IMG/VR virus record: IMGVR_UViG_2706796476_000001
Coordinates: 64,001-128,000 of that record
DNA length: 64,000 nt
Origin: a virus
Taxonomy: Duplodnaviria > Caudoviricetes
Strand: one strand, 5' to 3'
Position 1 is the first letter of the stretch, and every line of letters starts with the position of its first letter. A program made the translations under genes and the position numbers. Of the stretch, positions 1-9,720 are shown one piece after another. The notes beneath the pieces were generated by a model. That model searched no databases and had not been told where the DNA came from. It saw only the letters and a list, made by a program, of their open reading frames with translations.

Positions 1-1843
1 CAATACGTTTTCCAATACGTTCAGCTGATTGGCTGAAAATCTCCTTACTGTGAGTGAAGAATGCGATTCTTTCCCCTCGTTTCAGGTAAGGAAGGATTTG
101 CTGAATGACTCCTGAAGCAACCTCCGTATTGTGATTGATAATCCCATCCGCAACAAAGCTATGGGTTTTCGGCATAGCCACATCAAACGTAGGCTGTTTA
201 CCTAATGATTGAACTTCTGTAACTTGCTCGTAAACAAATCTAGGCGAAGTCAGCTTCAAAATTGTTTCATACATACCATCTTGTGTAGAGTTTGGATGTT
301 CCATAACAAAGTTTCTTAGTCTTTCTTTAGAAATTGAAGTAGGTACGGAAAATCTAGGTTTTTTACCTTCAAGTGTTTTGATATACGATTCGGTTAGCTC
401 CTTACCAAACGGAACAGTCTGTTTACTACTTACAGTTCCTCTCCCTTCAGTTGCTTTAAAAAACCCGTCTACCTGCTGGACTCTTTGAGAAGATATGAAG
501 TCTAGGCGTTTTAGTAGATGTTTAGAATCCTGAACGCCTAATGAAAGAACATAGTAGTTGTTTTGTTCGTATCCTTTTACTTTTTTCGATGTAACCGTTG
601 GAGTATATCCGAAGTTCCTTAACATCAGACTTACTTGCTGGATTAGGGTGTGAGATGCACTTGTTACATCTAGGTTTCCTTTACTCTTAGTTATGCTGCA
701 CTCTGACTCGAGGTATCCTGACAGGAATGCTAGTTGAACCTTGGAAGGGGCTTGTAAAATACAGCTCGGAACATGTTTATCCTTTGCTACTCCGTATTTT
801 ATTTTGAACTTGTCGTGCCACGCTTTGGTTGCTTTTTTGTTATGCATTCTAACCTGTTCTGCGCCCTGCTGCTTATTGTTCTCATATAGAGTAGGCTGTT
901 CTTTATCTTGAATCGCTAGTAAGTACTTCTTTACTCGCTCCATAACCTCCGGCTTATTTGAAGTAAAATCAATGCGTTCATTACTACCTAAGTATCCGTC
1001 GGCTATAATAGCTCCTATGGCGTAAGCTTCTTGGCAGTTTACAAGAGTGTTACTCCCAAAAACTTCGTCTCCGATGGACCCTACAAGGTAGTCTCCGATA
1101 CGGATGTCTTCTGCTTTTTTCCATTCAAAGTCACCGGAAGAAGATACAACTAGAAGAGGGTGATTACGAGTTACTCGGTTTACTGTACCCCTATGTCCTT
1201 TAATCTCTAGAAGGTCTCTGACACCGTTAAATGTTAAATGGCTCGGTGTCTCCAATTCTCCATGCCTATTTACTAAGGAGATGTCCCCAAAGTAATCTAC
1301 GACTCGTTCTTCTGCGCTTAACTGGTGACCTGCGGCATTGAAAAACTCTTCAACTGTCATTAGTCCTTCCGATGTCATCAGTATTGAACTTGGATGAAGA
1401 CATTTCCCACCGTTAGTCGCTATGTTGATTATTCCTACCTGCTCCTGAATGGCTTCTTTTACAGCCTTATGCTGGTATTCTCTTAGTGTAATAGGTTCAT
1501 CGTCACCATTACCTAGAACGATCTCCTCGTCAATAGCTTCAGCGTTTAACAGCGGGCTAGGTCGCTCGTCTACAATTTCATACTCTACTGAAAGGTCTTT
1601 CTCCTGAAGAGCTCTAAGACCTTCTAGGAACTGATCTATCAACCCTGTGTGGAACTTGTCCTCTTTAAAGTCATAGAAGTCTGTAATTCCGTCCCAGTGA
1701 CCGCTCATGTATGCTCTTGAGTAATGTGAGTTCTCTTCTTTTATTCCTAGTGTTGTATGAGCCATGTCTCTAATTTTATCTCTGAGTGAGACCTTGCCTT
1801 CAAAATCTATGTATGTATACATCGTGCCAATTTTAATCTTCAT
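1..1843 (-). CDS. SF2 (DEAD/DEAH-like) DNA helicase, intein-containing; 3' end runs off the window
   Basis: Not in the ORF track; translated by hand. ATG at 1843 with AGGAGG RBS: MKIKIGTMYTYIDFEG... It has a Q-motif (LREYQ), and Walker A NIATNGGK|T is split by an intein. The C-extein continues TEVASGVIQQILPYLKRGERIAFFTHSKEIFSQ. Confidence 0.9.
   Translation of the reverse strand, partial: MKIKIGTMYTYIDFEGKVSLRDKIRDMAHTTLGIKEENSHYSRAYMSGHWDGITDFYDFKEDKFHTGLIDQFLEGLRALQEKDLSVEYEIVDERPSPLLNAEAIDEEIVLGNGDDEPITLREYQHKAVKEAIQEQVGIINIATNGGKCLHPSSILMTSEGLMTVEEFFNAAGHQLSAEERVVDYFGDISLVNRHGELETPSHLTFNGVRDLLEIKGHRGTVNRVTRNHPLLVVSSSGDFEWKKAEDIRIGDYLVGSIGDEVFGSNTLVNCQEAYAIGAIIADGYLGSNERIDFTSNKPEVMERVKKYLLAIQDKEQPTLYENNKQQGAEQVRMHNKKATKAWHDKFKIKYGVAKDKHVPSCILQAPSKVQLAFLSGYLESECSITKSKGNLDVTSASHTLIQQVSLMLRNFGYTPTVTSKKVKGYEQNNYYVLSLGVQDSKHLLKRLDFISSQRVQQVDGFFKATEGRGTVSSKQTVPFGKELTESYIKTLEGKKPRFSVPTSISKERLRNFVMEHPNSTQDGMYETILKLTSPRFVYEQVTEVQSLGKQPTFDVAMPKTHSFVADGIINHNTEVASGVIQQILPYLKRGERIAFFTHSKEIFSQSAERIGKRI
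128..1402 (-). mobile_element. Intein (425 aa) with LAGLIDADG homing endonuclease, inserted in the helicase Walker A motif
   Basis: Begins CLHPSSILMTSEG and ends PTFDVAMPKTHSFVADGIINHN, followed by Thr+1. Two LAGLIDADG-like motifs (AYAIGAIIADG; LAFLSGYLESE). The 1275 nt are in frame. Confidence 0.92.
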
Positions 1844-1970
1844 GTAAACAAATTCCTCCTAGGATTTAGTCTGTAACTCCATTATAACATATAAGCTGCT
1901 CCAATTTCAAGGAACTATGGCATATTTTAAAACCTTATATCACAATAGTTTGAGACTTGTTTTTAACTAT

Positions 1971-2083
1971 CCTTGTCTAATTTTAATTTTAAGTGCTCTG
2001 TATTTATATATAATTATATTTAATACTATATAAAGATTTAAAATAAATAATACAGAGGGTGTAAAACAAAAATAGGACAAGAA
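1971..2083. repeat. AT-rich locus with divergent iteron-like motifs (candidate replication origin A)
   Basis: 1971-2010 (minus) and 2048-2083 (plus) both read AATACAGAG-N-AAAA..AT(A/G)GACAAG around an almost pure A/T core; a near-identical copy lies at 47991-48029. Confidence 0.5.
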
Positions 2084-2111
2084 AAAAAGATACCTAAGTG
2101 TCAGGTATCTT
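2082..2111 (-). terminator. Rho-independent terminator of the structural operon
   Basis: AGATACCT/AGGTATCT stem followed by a T7 run on the minus strand. Confidence 0.75.
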
Positions 2112-2274
2112 CATTGTCCATCTTTTCAATCAGCTTATTTAATTTTTTTTCTAACTTTTCGATCTCTTCCAGTTTAGCATCGAGAAGCCTTTGGGATTGA
2201 ACCAAAGACCTTTCTCGAGCGGTTGGTACAAACAACCTTGCTTTTGAAACGGGATCACGTTTTTCTAAAGGCAT
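2101..2274 (-). CDS. small coiled-coil hypothetical protein (57 aa)
   Basis: Below the ORF-track cutoff. MPLEKRDPVSKARLFVPTARERSL...; AGGAGGA RBS; directly downstream of the large baseplate gene. Confidence 0.75.
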   Translation of the reverse strand: MPLEKRDPVSKARLFVPTARERSLVQSQRLLDAKLEEIEKLEKKLNKLIEKMDNEDT

Positions 2275-2297
2275 ATAAGCTCCTCCTAAACTTATTC

Positions 2298-5200
2298 TTA
2301 TGCTTCGTCTTTAAATACCGCAGTCAGACGTCGAACTCTAGGTCTAACAAATCGGTTATCCGCTCGTAACTCCAGCTTCAGTTTCAACTGTTTATTCACT
2401 GCTGTAGTAGAAACTTGTTGCACATATTTATATCGGCTGAACTCTGCTGATTGGCGTGTAGATGTCGGACTGTTTGTAAAAGTCTTCCAAGTTTGTCCTC
2501 CATCAATCGAGTACTTCGGTGTTACCTTAGTGCCCGCTGGAAGTGCGGCATCGAACTCCACAGTTAGCTTGTTAAACGGTGCATCAGTTGAGTCAATGTT
2601 AAGAGAAACATAGTCCCCGGATGTTGCGGATACGAAACTTACAAATGACAAGTCATCAAGTGTCAGCATCGGAGAAATGTATCGGTTAGACTTAAATCGT
2701 GCTCGTAGTTTAACTAGTCCGATTACAGTTGCAGTTTCCTGCTCAATGTAGTTAGCTAGTGGCTGCCAAGGTACGCTGTCTATTGAAACTGATCCGACAT
2801 CTGCTTTTGCTACTGCTTTAATCTCCCACACGCAGCCTGTATTTGCAGGTGTAAGGTAAGTAGCCATTAGAAGTAACATGTCAGAATCTAGGTCTTCCAT
2901 AACGTTAAACTCGACAATCGCTTCTTCTTGGAACTGGGCTGTGTAGACGTTGAATTTCAAGTCAGACTCTTGGTGAACTGTCCAAGTACGAGCGTTGGAA
3001 GAACTGAATAGTACTCCGTTTACGTATGGTTGAGAGACGACTCGGTTTGCTGGATTGTTGATATGCGTCTGACCAAGTGTTGCGATCCATGCTGTGTAGT
3101 CGTTACTGTCTGTGATAAGTACTAAACAGAAACTTTGACCTGCTTTACACATTAACGGATCATCCAGTGCGACTTTAGTTGCTACGGTGCCGTTTGCAGA
3201 GACTTTAACATCCGCAGGAGTTAAGATTCTTTCAGCGTACACAGTTTGGTTAGGGAATCCGCCATCAGATAGTCCTCGGACTTGCACAATTAGGTTATCT
3301 GTGGTAGACTTAGAAGCCATAAAGATATCAAAACTTGTTACAACTCGGTCTTGTGGGAAGACGAAGGATTGTGCCAACGGATCGTATAAGTTGACTGTAA
3401 CCCGAGTCTTCGTGATAACTTCTTCAGTTGTCTTTAAAGTTCCTTGAGCTGTAAACGTAGAAATAGCCATGTTAGAGCTGTTCATTAGTGAAACTTCACG
3501 AACCCCGGTTCTGACGCCTGCTGGAATTTTGAACTTACCGCTAGCTCTACCATTAGCATCCGAACGAATTGTTCCTGCTTCCGATCCCGCTACTGTTGAA
3601 CCTGTTGGAGTGATAGGTACTCTTACACCATCGAAAGATAAGTATAGGTTGTTAGAGTTCTTCTGCAAGTTCTCAGCAGCGAAGGCTACTTCAATCTGTC
3701 TCATGTACTCGATAGCAGACGAACGAACTGTAGTGGCTACATCAGTCAATGTACCTGTACGACCATTTTTCTTGTCATAATCGAGACTTTGTCCCATGTC
3801 CCACTGCTGGTTTCCGTCTAGGTCGAGATTATTGACAATATCTCTAAGACTTTTGTCTTTAGTAGTGGTACGGTTATGTCTCCACCATCTATCCACACGG
3901 ATTGTCATAGCGTCTTCTTTGTTAACCGTGATTTTTTCTTTCTCAATCCAGTTATCCGCTGAAGGGGTTAGCTTAAGTACACCCAGTTTGTTGTAAACCG
4001 CATAAGGGTTGACGTTCATCGCTTCAGTTGCGAACGGCTGTGAAATCTCTTTTACTTCTGTGTATGGTGCTGTTACTAGACGTCCCCAGCTCTTAGCTAT
4101 AGATGAGCCAGCAGCGAACTCCGGAGCCCTTACTTGGTCATCAGGAGCGTCAACCATAAGTGTGATACTCGCATCGTCAAAACTTACTGCGACCGTAGAA
4201 GCATTCAAGTCCATTCGAGTAAAGTCTACGAAACCATCTGCGAATACCCCTCGAAGATTTAATGGGTCGTCTGTAATGATTGACTGATTTTCTAGTGCTT
4301 GTATAGCTTGGTTGTATTCTACGTTCTCTAAGCGGTCTTTCAAGTTTACGACCTGAGCCATAGTTAGACGAACGATACCGTCGTTCTGCGCTTCCCCTTT
4401 ATCTGCGTTCGGATACACAAATGCTGTTCCGATTTTCAAAGTTAATGGGTCTTCATGTACTGGAGGTACTGCGATCTCTCTTCGATCCGGCTGCCCTTCA
4501 ATAACAGTGAAATTACCTTTGCTATCTAGTGTGATAATATCTGCACGAGCTAGGTAGTAGTCATAACTCACTCGAATAATACCTTTGTCTTTCGGTTTAA
4601 GACCTGTCATTCCGTTGAAATCAATTTCTGTATTCCAACCAGCATCGTCTTCGATAGGTGTAGTTGTAACTTTGTAATCTACGCCCTGCTGCATAATACG
4701 GTCGTAATCGAACGTCATACGGTAGGATGTCCCTGTTGCAGGCTCCTTACCATTCAGACCTGTATTCCAGTTTACATATTGTACGCCACTGTCTTCAATG
4801 ATTGTAAAGTCTGTGCCGTACGTGAAGAACTGCTCCGGAGAAGTTGTCCATATTACAACCGTGTCAGAGATTAAACTTGTGTACTGTCCCGGAAGAGCGT
4901 CTCTGCCATCCTGAGCACCTTTAGAAACCTGAATGCCTCCTGCTGGAGACTGGGTTCTTGCTATAACTTGTTTTACTTCTTTTACAGAAGTGCTCCCGAT
5001 GCGGTTTTTACGAACTGCTGTATCGTAAGAGTGTGTCTCCTGTGCTACGTTTTTAAAGTCTGTAGACTTTCTCAATGGGATACGGGTTGACTGAGCTTTG
5101 TTAATACGGTATCCTAGTACATAACCAACGCCTCGGTCTACGATTAGATCAACTTGCGAGCTATCTTGACTCTTTTCTACCCACATCGAGAATCCTTCTA

Positions 5201-5783
5201 CTTGGTAAGAACCTTGTTCTTCATATGTACGCTGTGCGAGGACATCGTTAATTTTTGAGTACTCAGGTCGTTCAGGTTGAAGAAATAAAACGCCGTCGTT
5301 AAACTCGTAAATCGTCGGAGACTCATCGTCATTGTTAGTTAAAACTACAGTCTCTTCTAACCGGTCTGCACCCGGAGATAGGTAACTGTCGACTCCTTGC
5401 GTCTGATCTAGTAAGTTGGGGTCGAGCTGGTAGTCGATAACCTTTTGTTCGATCTTGACTCCAATTTTCTCGGTACCTTCTCCTGTAAACGGAATGGTTT
5501 GTTTATCGAAAGCTCTTACTTGTCCTGCTAAGTAAACAGTACCGTCCTCAACAGTAATCGTTCCTGCTTCCTCGTCAACCGAGAAAGACATACCTGTTTG
5601 CATATCGCCATCTGCGAAAATAGTATCTCCTAACTTACGGATGCTATGCGCTGCAATTGACTGTAACTCATTCAGTTCCGCTTGCTGTAACGGTCTGTCC
5701 GGTCTGAAAAGGACCTTGCTACGGTTGCTTTTTGGATCAAACCTGTCGTTATATGGTGATTGGTTTAAATTAATATCTGCCAA
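2298..5783 (-). CDS. large baseplate/adsorption-associated tail protein (DUF4815-like)
   Basis: 1161 aa; N-terminal PYNDRFDP...LFRPDRPLQQAELNELQS and DPLAQSF motifs; position at the end of the tail module. Confidence 0.8.
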   Translation of the reverse strand: MADINLNQSPYNDRFDPKSNRSKVLFRPDRPLQQAELNELQSIAAHSIRKLGDTIFADGDMQTGMSFSVDEEAGTITVEDGTVYLAGQVRAFDKQTIPFTGEGTEKIGVKIEQKVIDYQLDPNLLDQTQGVDSYLSPGADRLEETVVLTNNDDESPTIYEFNDGVLFLQPERPEYSKINDVLAQRTYEEQGSYQVEGFSMWVEKSQDSSQVDLIVDRGVGYVLGYRINKAQSTRIPLRKSTDFKNVAQETHSYDTAVRKNRIGSTSVKEVKQVIARTQSPAGGIQVSKGAQDGRDALPGQYTSLISDTVVIWTTSPEQFFTYGTDFTIIEDSGVQYVNWNTGLNGKEPATGTSYRMTFDYDRIMQQGVDYKVTTTPIEDDAGWNTEIDFNGMTGLKPKDKGIIRVSYDYYLARADIITLDSKGNFTVIEGQPDRREIAVPPVHEDPLTLKIGTAFVYPNADKGEAQNDGIVRLTMAQVVNLKDRLENVEYNQAIQALENQSIITDDPLNLRGVFADGFVDFTRMDLNASTVAVSFDDASITLMVDAPDDQVRAPEFAAGSSIAKSWGRLVTAPYTEVKEISQPFATEAMNVNPYAVYNKLGVLKLTPSADNWIEKEKITVNKEDAMTIRVDRWWRHNRTTTKDKSLRDIVNNLDLDGNQQWDMGQSLDYDKKNGRTGTLTDVATTVRSSAIEYMRQIEVAFAAENLQKNSNNLYLSFDGVRVPITPTGSTVAGSEAGTIRSDANGRASGKFKIPAGVRTGVREVSLMNSSNMAISTFTAQGTLKTTEEVITKTRVTVNLYDPLAQSFVFPQDRVVTSFDIFMASKSTTDNLIVQVRGLSDGGFPNQTVYAERILTPADVKVSANGTVATKVALDDPLMCKAGQSFCLVLITDSNDYTAWIATLGQTHINNPANRVVSQPYVNGVLFSSSNARTWTVHQESDLKFNVYTAQFQEEAIVEFNVMEDLDSDMLLLMATYLTPANTGCVWEIKAVAKADVGSVSIDSVPWQPLANYIEQETATVIGLVKLRARFKSNRYISPMLTLDDLSFVSFVSATSGDYVSLNIDSTDAPFNKLTVEFDAALPAGTKVTPKYSIDGGQTWKTFTNSPTSTRQSAEFSRYKYVQQVSTTAVNKQLKLKLELRADNRFVRPRVRRLTAVFKDEA

Positions 5784-5797
5784 GTTTACTCACTCCT

Positions 5798-6328
5798 TTA
5801 TAGTACAACTACGAACTGTTCTAGTGAATACAGATTGCTCGTCAAGTTGTACGCTTTTCTATTTTCGTAGAACCTAAGTGTACCTACGTCTGTTACTTCT
5901 GAAGGAAGCAGGTTTTGTTTTGTAAGTCCGTTCTTTGGTACTAAGTCTACATGAATACCAACTTGCCTGTATTCCCCGTTCGGGAACTCATCAGGCTGTA
6001 TTTCTGCTTCTATGTATACCCATCTAGCTTTCTCTTCGTATGCCTTACTTACAGGCACTAGAGCCCACTTCTGATCTCGGTAACTAACTACCGGGAACCC
6101 TACAGTTTCTTCATCTTCTCCAGTAGCTAAAGGACGAGCTAATGAAAAGTTCTTCACTTTTTTATATCCGATCACCTCTTGGACCGTTTCGACGTCCGCA
6201 ACTTCTTCAGGCGGATTCTCCTCATCTGTCCAAGCAGTAGATTTTCCGATTACAAGGTACGCACTTTCATATTTTGCTTGTAACTGAATTGCATCAGCTA
6301 TGTGCGATTTAGTAGTCGAGATAGCCAT
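5798..6328 (-). CDS. baseplate wedge subunit
   Basis: AYLVIGKSTAW...IGYKKV...YRQVGI motifs; synteny; start moved to ATG 6328 on RBS spacing. Confidence 0.7.
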   Translation of the reverse strand: MAISTTKSHIADAIQLQAKYESAYLVIGKSTAWTDEENPPEEVADVETVQEVIGYKKVKNFSLARPLATGEDEETVGFPVVSYRDQKWALVPVSKAYEEKARWVYIEAEIQPDEFPNGEYRQVGIHVDLVPKNGLTKQNLLPSEVTDVGTLRFYENRKAYNLTSNLYSLEQFVVVL

Positions 6329-6362
6329 TAATTTCACCCTCTCTATTCAACGTGTCTATAGA

Positions 6363-6372
6363 TAATATAGCA
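6363..6372 (-). promoter_or_regulatory. putative late promoter core TGCTATATTA
   Basis: Identical 10-mer upstream of structural genes at 6363, 27292, 37656 and 39483; resembles the TGTTATATTA late promoter of related myoviruses. Confidence 0.6.
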
Positions 6373-6430
6373 GTATCTTGTCTCATAAATTAATTATACC
6401 ACATAAGAAAAAAGAGCCACGTTTTGCGGC

Positions 6431-6543
6431 TCCTACTCTATTTCTTTAAGGGTTCCAAAGGGTGTCGGTTGAAACTACTCCCTTTTCGTCAACGTCTAGC
6501 TGTTGTCATTTATAGTTCCTATTCTATTTCTTTAAGGGTTCCA
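6431..6543. repeat. 27-bp direct repeat duplicating the 3' end of the baseplate gene
   Basis: 6431-6457 versus 6517-6543, 26/27 identical; both encode GTLKEIE*. Confidence 0.8.
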
Positions 6544-7907
6544 GTATTAGTGACCTCTTGAACGCCTGTTTTGATCGTCGGTCTAATTGCTACCTCTTTG
6601 TTGAAGCTTAACTCGAAGAAGTGCAGATGCGCTTCATAATCAGGCACAGCTTCATTAGGTTCGAATAGTATTCGAGAGAAAACAAAGTACTTCTCGGATA
6701 AGAAACTTGAAAAATCTGTTATTTTAACTTTGTTCCCTTTTTGTTTGAACACCGCTTGATTCTCGTCTACGGTCTCCCACTCACTTGTCTCAAGGTTAAA
6801 CAGTTGGATTTTGAAGTTTGTTGGCTCTGTTGGAGATACTGCTGCTTTTAAGTTGTACAAAATAGCAGTGTTATCCATTAGTGATAAATAAGTGTCTTTT
6901 GTATACTGCCCGTTCGGTACTACTTCACGTAAGTAGGAACTGTATTTAAGATCGAAGAAGGTTCCTACGTCTAGCGTGAAGTACATGTAGCTTTCTTGAT
7001 CTGCTGGAAGAAGCTGACTAGCATACTGATCTGAAGTGTCGCCGGTTTTAGCGTAGAAGTCAGGAGACATCTCGGTTGAACTGTTTTGAATATCAACTAA
7101 AGTAGTATCGTTCGTAACAGCTAAGCTATCTGTAGAGAACGTCGCTAAGTTAAAAGCTGGATTGGTTACTGACCTTGCTCCTGTAAGCTTGTCTAACGAG
7201 TTTAACTTAGACTTGTTTAGGATAAAAATTCCTTGGTCGTCTCCGTCTGCTCTTGAGCGAGTTGTTAAATTTAAGTGCCCTCGAATACGATCGTTCATGC
7301 CGTTCATTGTTCTTAACCGTGTAGAAGTCTCTACAAGGCTCACTCCTGCTTCGATAACAGGTGCATTAGGGTTATGGGAGCCGGAGCGATAAGTAAGCCT
7401 TACAGTGACTCCTGCGGGCTTAAATTCATTAATCAAGTCAATGATACCCGGAGGAAACGGTCTAGAGATACGGATATCAATGACCGCCACAGTATAATAG
7501 TGTCCTAGAAAATGGTCAGGACCATTCAGTTTAGACTTGTTGAGGATGAAAACGTTCTTGTATGGCTCATAAATCTCGATATGGGAGTCATAGTCGTTTA
7601 GAAACTCACGAATAGCTGCAATGATTGCAGGGATCGTTCCCCTACGCAATAACACGTAGTTAATGATACGCTGTCTGTAGGGATCGTCTTCTTCGTTATC
7701 TTTCCTTAAAACTCCAAACAGCTTTCCGTAGTAGTCTAACCATTCCCCGGTAGCAGTATCTAAAGCAAGTAGGAGCTTTCCTCTTATAGCTTCACTTTCC
7801 GTATCTTTCAGCTCCTGCTCAATTGCGCTTAAGATGGCTCCATTAGCTGTTGTTTTATTCTGTAAGCTAATTTTCCAAGCAGGCAGTAAGTGTTTTAAAA
7901 ACGACAT
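6519..7907 (-). CDS. baseplate protein (follows baseplate J)
   Basis: LDTATGEWLDYYGKLFGVLR...DDPYRQRI and KPAGV motifs typical of the P2 gpI/T4 gp7-like wedge protein. Confidence 0.75.
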   Translation of the reverse strand: MSFLKHLLPAWKISLQNKTTANGAILSAIEQELKDTESEAIRGKLLLALDTATGEWLDYYGKLFGVLRKDNEEDDPYRQRIINYVLLRRGTIPAIIAAIREFLNDYDSHIEIYEPYKNVFILNKSKLNGPDHFLGHYYTVAVIDIRISRPFPPGIIDLINEFKPAGVTVRLTYRSGSHNPNAPVIEAGVSLVETSTRLRTMNGMNDRIRGHLNLTTRSRADGDDQGIFILNKSKLNSLDKLTGARSVTNPAFNLATFSTDSLAVTNDTTLVDIQNSSTEMSPDFYAKTGDTSDQYASQLLPADQESYMYFTLDVGTFFDLKYSSYLREVVPNGQYTKDTYLSLMDNTAILYNLKAAVSPTEPTNFKIQLFNLETSEWETVDENQAVFKQKGNKVKITDFSSFLSEKYFVFSRILFEPNEAVPDYEAHLHFFELSFNKEVAIRPTIKTGVQEVTNTGTLKEIE

Positions 7908-7922
7908 CGGTTATCCTCCTTT

Positions 7923-8969
7923 CTATTTGAGTGTTACTTTTACCTCACCTGCTCGGATAATTTCCGATCCTTTTAGAACGACGTTACTCTTTAAGTTATC
8001 GAAGCTGACATCGTAAATTAGTTGTCTGTCTATGTATTTAATTACACTGGACAAATCCGACAGTACGAGACTTTGAGACGTTTGCATATTGTTAAGGTAT
8101 CTAGTAACCTCTGTTGTGATCTTTTGGTTGAATGCGCTTGTAATACCTGCTTTGTTATTTAACGTGACAGTTACGCTTACGTCTACGTTCTTCTTCTCTA
8201 CCGGAAGAACTCTTACTTGTATGCCCGCAGGTCTGTAGTCTTCGAGCGTGAGGAGAATTTTCTCTTTTACACTATCCGGAAGGTTCCCATTCCGATCATG
8301 AGCATAGATGTTAACTCTGCCTGTCTCCTCTTCGATCCAAACACCTGCAACTTCTGTTACTGTTCTAGTACCGTACTCTAAGGCAGGTACCGTAGCACGG
8401 CTAAGCGCTGTAATGAAAGCATTAAATCTTGACCGTTGCTCTTCTAGAGGCTCCTGATCTTGCCCTGTTTGGAATGCTGCTGGGTTGTTTACTTCCTTGA
8501 CGTTAGCTATAGGAGATTGCATAACGTCAATCACGTCTTCAGGAATGTTTCCTGTAGAGCCCGGAGATAAGCAGTATACTTCAAACTCAGCTAAAACTGA
8601 CCCTCTCGGAATAACATAGTCAACTCGTGTTTCGTATAGTTGTGTGTACTGCGGCATACTGGAACTGAATCTCGATCCCCTTGAAATAGTAATGTCAGTT
8701 TGTGTCGAATTGTGGAAGGACACCTGCACTACTCCGTACGCCCTTACAGCTTCTTTACGTTTGAAGCCAAAAGCGTTATAGACTCCTTGCTCTACAGCTT
8801 CTAGCATGTTTTCTCGGGTTAACACATAGAACTGTTCCAGTTCAATTGCTATAGACTCATAGATGGCACGCATAGCACTTCCTACAGAAAAATCGTTAAC
8901 ATCATGTGTATTTGTAATGGTGTTATCTACAAGCCTTGAGTATATCTCTGACATTCGTTTAAAACGCAT
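7923..8969 (-). CDS. baseplate J-like protein
   Basis: DFSVGS...GQDQEPLEEQRSRF...RPAGIQV motifs. Confidence 0.85.
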   Translation of the reverse strand: MRFKRMSEIYSRLVDNTITNTHDVNDFSVGSAMRAIYESIAIELEQFYVLTRENMLEAVEQGVYNAFGFKRKEAVRAYGVVQVSFHNSTQTDITISRGSRFSSSMPQYTQLYETRVDYVIPRGSVLAEFEVYCLSPGSTGNIPEDVIDVMQSPIANVKEVNNPAAFQTGQDQEPLEEQRSRFNAFITALSRATVPALEYGTRTVTEVAGVWIEEETGRVNIYAHDRNGNLPDSVKEKILLTLEDYRPAGIQVRVLPVEKKNVDVSVTVTLNNKAGITSAFNQKITTEVTRYLNNMQTSQSLVLSDLSSVIKYIDRQLIYDVSFDNLKSNVVLKGSEIIRAGEVKVTLK

Positions 8970-8982
8970 ATTAACCCTCCTC

Positions 8983-9720
8983 TCATGTTACTAAGTCATT
9001 AAAGTTGTTTAGTAGGACGACCGTCCCTTGATCTGCGGATACTACGAAGTCGAAGGCGTCCTCCAGTGTAATAGATGAAACCTTAAACTCTGCTGCATAA
9101 GTGTTACCTATAATGCGTCGTCTAACTAGCTTACAAGTTGTGACCCTTGTGTCTGTCCGAATTGCTCTCTCGATTTCAAGGTCAATCAAAGCAGCATTCT
9201 CCTCGGTGTTTTTTTTACCAAGGTAGAAGTGTAGTCTTGATCCGTACAAAGGATGTCCTATGTAGCTTCCTTGCGGTGTGATAAGTCTTACAAACAGTGA
9301 CTGTTTCAAGTTGTCTACCCCTCGTACAGTAGCTATGCCGCCCTTATTGTCTCCTTTAAGCTCAAGAATCTCTGCGTCCTGCCCGGGATCGGTCATACCT
9401 TTTGGCAGCGGTAGAATGTCTAGGTCTTTTCCTAGAGCCAATGCATACAGTTCGTCTTGACTATATTCCGAGCTCCGTTTTAGCTCCTGTATGAGAGTGG
9501 ATTGTACGTCATCATCTACTCTCATCAAGATTGTGTCCCCTACAGTTACTAGATGGTCCGGGTTTTCCATTTTCTCCTCTAGGGTGTCAACAATGTAAGG
9601 ATACCGTAGGTCGTTAAAAGACACTAGCTCTGTCCATAAAGACATATCACCTAGTTTCTCTTGGGCGATAGCCTGCATGGTGTCTCCGTCTCTTACAATA
9701 TGTTCAACGAATTTGGACAC
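8983..9720 (-). CDS. baseplate wedge protein, LysM + gp25-like domains
   Basis: N-terminal HIVRDGDTMQAIAQ (LysM); C-terminal RLITPQGSYIGHPLYGS...DTRV (gp25-like). Confidence 0.8.
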   Translation of the reverse strand: MSKFVEHIVRDGDTMQAIAQEKLGDMSLWTELVSFNDLRYPYIVDTLEEKMENPDHLVTVGDTILMRVDDDVQSTLIQELKRSSEYSQDELYALALGKDLDILPLPKGMTDPGQDAEILELKGDNKGGIATVRGVDNLKQSLFVRLITPQGSYIGHPLYGSRLHFYLGKKNTEENAALIDLEIERAIRTDTRVTTCKLVRRRIIGNTYAAEFKVSSITLEDAFDFVVSADQGTVVLLNNFNDLVT

